Shown piece after piece: positions 44,705-47,052 of a DNA stretch of 47,052 nucleotides (within the stretch, counting starts at the first letter, position 1; the number at the start of each line of letters is the position of its first letter). The notes below the pieces were generated by a model. That model had not been told where the DNA came from and made no database searches. It saw only the letters and a program-made list of their open reading frames with translations. The stretch is taken from the IMG/VR virus record IMGVR_UViG_3300032335_000913, positions 1 through 47,052 of that record; one strand, written 5' to 3'. Both the position numbers and the translations under genes were made by a program. This DNA is from a virus (taxonomy: Duplodnaviria; Caudoviricetes).

Positions 44705-44861
44705 ATTCTTTTACTTTATTTTCTAAGAAATTCATAGCATCACTATCACCCGACCAACTATCATACTTTTTAAATCGTTTGACAAATGTTTCTAAATCAA
44801 CTGAATTATAATATTCAACCAATTGATTGTAGTTAGGTATATAGCAATTATTAAATCCCAC
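44655..44861 (-). CDS. Hypothetical protein
   Basis: 68-aa ORF. Confidence 0.55.
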   Translation of the reverse strand: MGFNNCYIPNYNQLVEYYNSVDLETFVKRFKKYDSWSGDSDAMNFLENKVKEYEKLIGNNNNNHTIRM

Positions 44862-45478
44862 TATTTTTTCTTATTTTTCTTTTTATTATTCATTTTCTTC
44901 ACTTCACTTTTATATCTTTCGTTTGCAGCTTTTAAGTTTTCATTTGCTTCCCACTCATCACCTTCAAATAAATTGCCATCTTCAGGCTCATCACCCCATT
45001 CAAATCCTACTCTATCTTTTTCAATTCGTTGTCCGTAATCATCAAATTCACTTTCATCGGGTGTTTCATTTTTCCAATCTTCAAATTGACCTTCGTAATC
45101 TTCGTTTGAAAATTCATCTTCATCTTCTTTGGTTGCTCTATAATGTAAACCTTCATTTCCATTTTGACCAATAACATCCATTCTTTGTTCATCCCAATCA
45201 GCAAAAAAATCATCATCATTTTCAAACTTCCATGCATCTAATTTTTCTTTTAATTCCTCTGCATCAGTTTCTCTATATTCATCTGCTCTATCAATTACCC
45301 AATTCTTAATTGAATTTTCGTGATATCCCATACCAATAAGTAAAGTTTGGAATGCATCCATTACTTCATCCAAATCCATATCACTATGGTCAACTTCTAC
45401 TGAAACTTTTGTTCCGTATTGTTGTGCTGTAAATATCGATGGTTTATCAAATCCTTGCTTAAAATTTTCGTAGTTCAT
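44861..45478 (-). CDS. Highly acidic hypothetical protein
   Basis: D/E-rich body with a Lys-rich tail. Confidence 0.7.
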   Translation of the reverse strand: MNYENFKQGFDKPSIFTAQQYGTKVSVEVDHSDMDLDEVMDAFQTLLIGMGYHENSIKNWVIDRADEYRETDAEELKEKLDAWKFENDDDFFADWDEQRMDVIGQNGNEGLHYRATKEDEDEFSNEDYEGQFEDWKNETPDESEFDDYGQRIEKDRVGFEWGDEPEDGNLFEGDEWEANENLKAANERYKSEVKKMNNKKKNKKK

Positions 45479-45495
45479 TATTTGTTTTTTATTTT

Positions 45496-45837
45496 TTATA
45501 AATCTTCTTCCTCATCCTTTTCCCATTCATAATCTTTGTTTGCTGAATACACTATTTCACCATCCTCATTTATACTCATATTAAGTGCACCCTTATCTAC
45601 TAAATCTTCAATGGTTTTACCAATTTCATTATTAGAAACACTTTGACAAACATCTAAAAATTCTTCATCAGTTAAAAACATATCATCTTCTTGTTCCCAC
45701 TTTTGTTGCATTCTAATTTGTAATGCTCTCTTTAAAGGTATTTGTTCTAAAAAAGGATTTTCTAAAAAGAAATCACTCTCTTCTAAAGCATCTATCATAT
45801 GATTTGATGCTTCAATTATTTCATTAAGAATGTCCAT
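45496..45837 (-). CDS. Acidic hypothetical protein
   Basis: 113-aa ORF. Confidence 0.7.
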   Translation of the reverse strand: MDILNEIIEASNHMIDALEESDFFLENPFLEQIPLKRALQIRMQQKWEQEDDMFLTDEEFLDVCQSVSNNEIGKTIEDLVDKGALNMSINEDGEIVYSANKDYEWEKDEEEDL

Positions 45838-46081
45838 CTTGTTTTATTTGTTTAAAGTTTTCTGCCTCCTCTTCGGGTGTTGGTAGGTAACTTGATTTAT
45901 AATATTCATCATCATATTCCATATCATCTGGAAATATAGAATGACTTTGTACACTTTTCCATTGCCAATATTCCTCATTCATTTTTTCTTGTGTGAGATA
46001 TTGTTCGTATAAAAAATCTTCATCACCACCAATTGAACCTGTTGATAATTCTTTATTAAATTGATTATTCATTTTGCTCAT
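45824..46081 (-). CDS. Acidic hypothetical protein
   Basis: 85-aa ORF. Confidence 0.6.
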   Translation of the reverse strand: MSKMNNQFNKELSTGSIGGDEDFLYEQYLTQEKMNEEYWQWKSVQSHSIFPDDMEYDDEYYKSSYLPTPEEEAENFKQIKQDGHS

Positions 46082-46121
46082 AATTGTTATTTTATATTAT
46101 TAAATATACTAAAATTATTTG

Positions 46122-46781
46122 TTATTTCAAAATAATCTTTTGAATAACTAAAACTGAATCCGATTTCCATGCAGTTTCAAACATACCATTCTTTTTAGTT
46201 GCATATGTATATTTTACTCTTGCAGTTATCGTCATTGTATCACCTCTCATTTCACTCACCGGTGCAATGTTTGTGTTTATCTCACCCGTTTCTCTATTAG
46301 AATAACACGACTTATTTATCGTAGGTATCACATAGTCCGCATTTGCAATTACATCTGGTAATTGTGAGGTTGTCCATTGACCATTGTATTGGTTTAAGTA
46401 ATTCTTATATACTTTGAAAACCGTACTACCGGCTTTTAATAACCAAAAGTGTGAACTTTCCCAATTTACAATTACTGGTTCCGGACTTGGTGGTAAACCA
46501 TCTATCAATACTTTACCACTTATTCTATGAATATTTTGGCCGTCTGGATTATATAAAGTAAAATACGGATAACCATTTTGGTCAATAGGTAATCTTGTAT
46601 TTAATACCAAACTAATAACTGGTTTCTTTATCGGTGGTTCTACTTCTTTACTACAACCCATAAGTCCTGCAACTATAAGTGCAAATAACATACACAATGC
46701 TAATAGGGCACTAAGTTTTAAATCTTTTTTATCACTTTCTTTACCTTGCATTTTATTTCTTTTTTCGTTTATCATATCCAA
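46122..46781 (-). CDS. Putative lipoprotein
   Basis: Hydrophobic signal plus lipobox LMGC. Confidence 0.7.
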   Translation of the reverse strand: MDMINEKRNKMQGKESDKKDLKLSALLALCMLFALIVAGLMGCSKEVEPPIKKPVISLVLNTRLPIDQNGYPYFTLYNPDGQNIHRISGKVLIDGLPPSPEPVIVNWESSHFWLLKAGSTVFKVYKNYLNQYNGQWTTSQLPDVIANADYVIPTINKSCYSNRETGEINTNIAPVSEMRGDTMTITARVKYTYATKKNGMFETAWKSDSVLVIQKIILK

Positions 46782-46956
46782 CCGGATAATAATATTGTCC
46801 GTCTAATCTAATTGAATGTACTTTGAATCCATTGTCCTCATCTTTCACTTCGATTGCTTTATCTGGGTTTTTATCCCATACCAATCCATCTAATACAATT
46901 CTATCATTGTCTAATTTTCTAAATTCATTCATTTGTGTTTGTACTGCTTTTGCCAT
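46753..46956 (-). CDS. Hypothetical protein
   Basis: 67-aa ORF. Confidence 0.55.
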   Translation of the reverse strand: MAKAVQTQMNEFRKLDNDRIVLDGLVWDKNPDKAIEVKDEDNGFKVHSIRLDGQYYYPVGYDKRKKK

Positions 46957-47052
46957 GTTATTTTATTTTGTTTTAAGTTGTTTAATATGTTTACATTCAT
47001 TTCCACCTGTGTATGTATAAGATGGACAATCACATTCCCAATTACCATTATC

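Noticed and set aside
8432-45237. Alternative-frame minus-strand ORFs nested in larger genes (8432-8620, 25601-25861, 45007-45237)
   Set aside because: They are fully nested out of frame in well-supported genes and have no independent signals.
471-47020. Plus-strand ORFs in the track (e.g. 471-755, 4894-5379, 9019-9351, 22720-23040)
   Set aside because: Nearly all are antisense shadows of well-supported minus-strand genes, with Ser/Phe/Ile-rich composition and no motifs.
1-47052. Stop-codon reassignment as seen in some Bacteroidota phages
   Set aside because: Long genes are intact under the standard code, and TAA, TAG and TGA all end genes at sensible positions.

Overview
This is an AT-rich fragment of a large myovirus-type (probably jumbo) phage. 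Essentially all genes are on the minus strand. The host is probably a Bacteroidota member, based on recurrent TTTG-N~20-TATATT promoter-like motifs and the lack of obvious Shine-Dalgarno sites. 1-7.6 kb is a baseplate module (gp6-like, gp25-like, gp5-like). 7.6-14.9 kb holds a carbamoyltransferase, a sigma-factor-like protein, peptide deformylase, a HIGH nucleotidyltransferase, Hsp20 and an HD protein. 14.9-25.3 kb is a dense cluster of tailoring enzymes: a radical SAM/SPASM enzyme, four 2OG-Fe(II) oxygenases (a fifth at 11.3 kb), a flavin-dependent Trp halogenase, four sulfotransferase-like proteins, an SGNH-like protein and a Cys-rich protein. At its centre is a 496-aa protein that appears to be a circularly permuted ATP-grasp fused to a Hint domain able only to cleave at its C-terminus, followed by a 29-aa Cys/Trp/Tyr-rich peptide. 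Most cluster enzymes end in a shared [TNK]-[LI]-[LI]-stop tail after a Lys/Asn-rich stretch. Together these suggest a phage-encoded, self-releasing RiPP-like peptide system. 27.4-31.2 kb holds early-type genes and a non-canonical tRNA-Gly(CCC), mostly in DNA where GC occurs only as GCG/CGC. 31.3-32 kb is a non-coding block with two dif-like sites interleaved with 25-bp palindromic repeats. 32-47 kb holds many small genes (including a MLTIKN-type paralogue family), an HNH-like nuclease flanked by C-rich direct repeats, UvsE, a flavodoxin-like reductase and lipoproteins. All family calls come from motifs recognised by eye; no searches were run.
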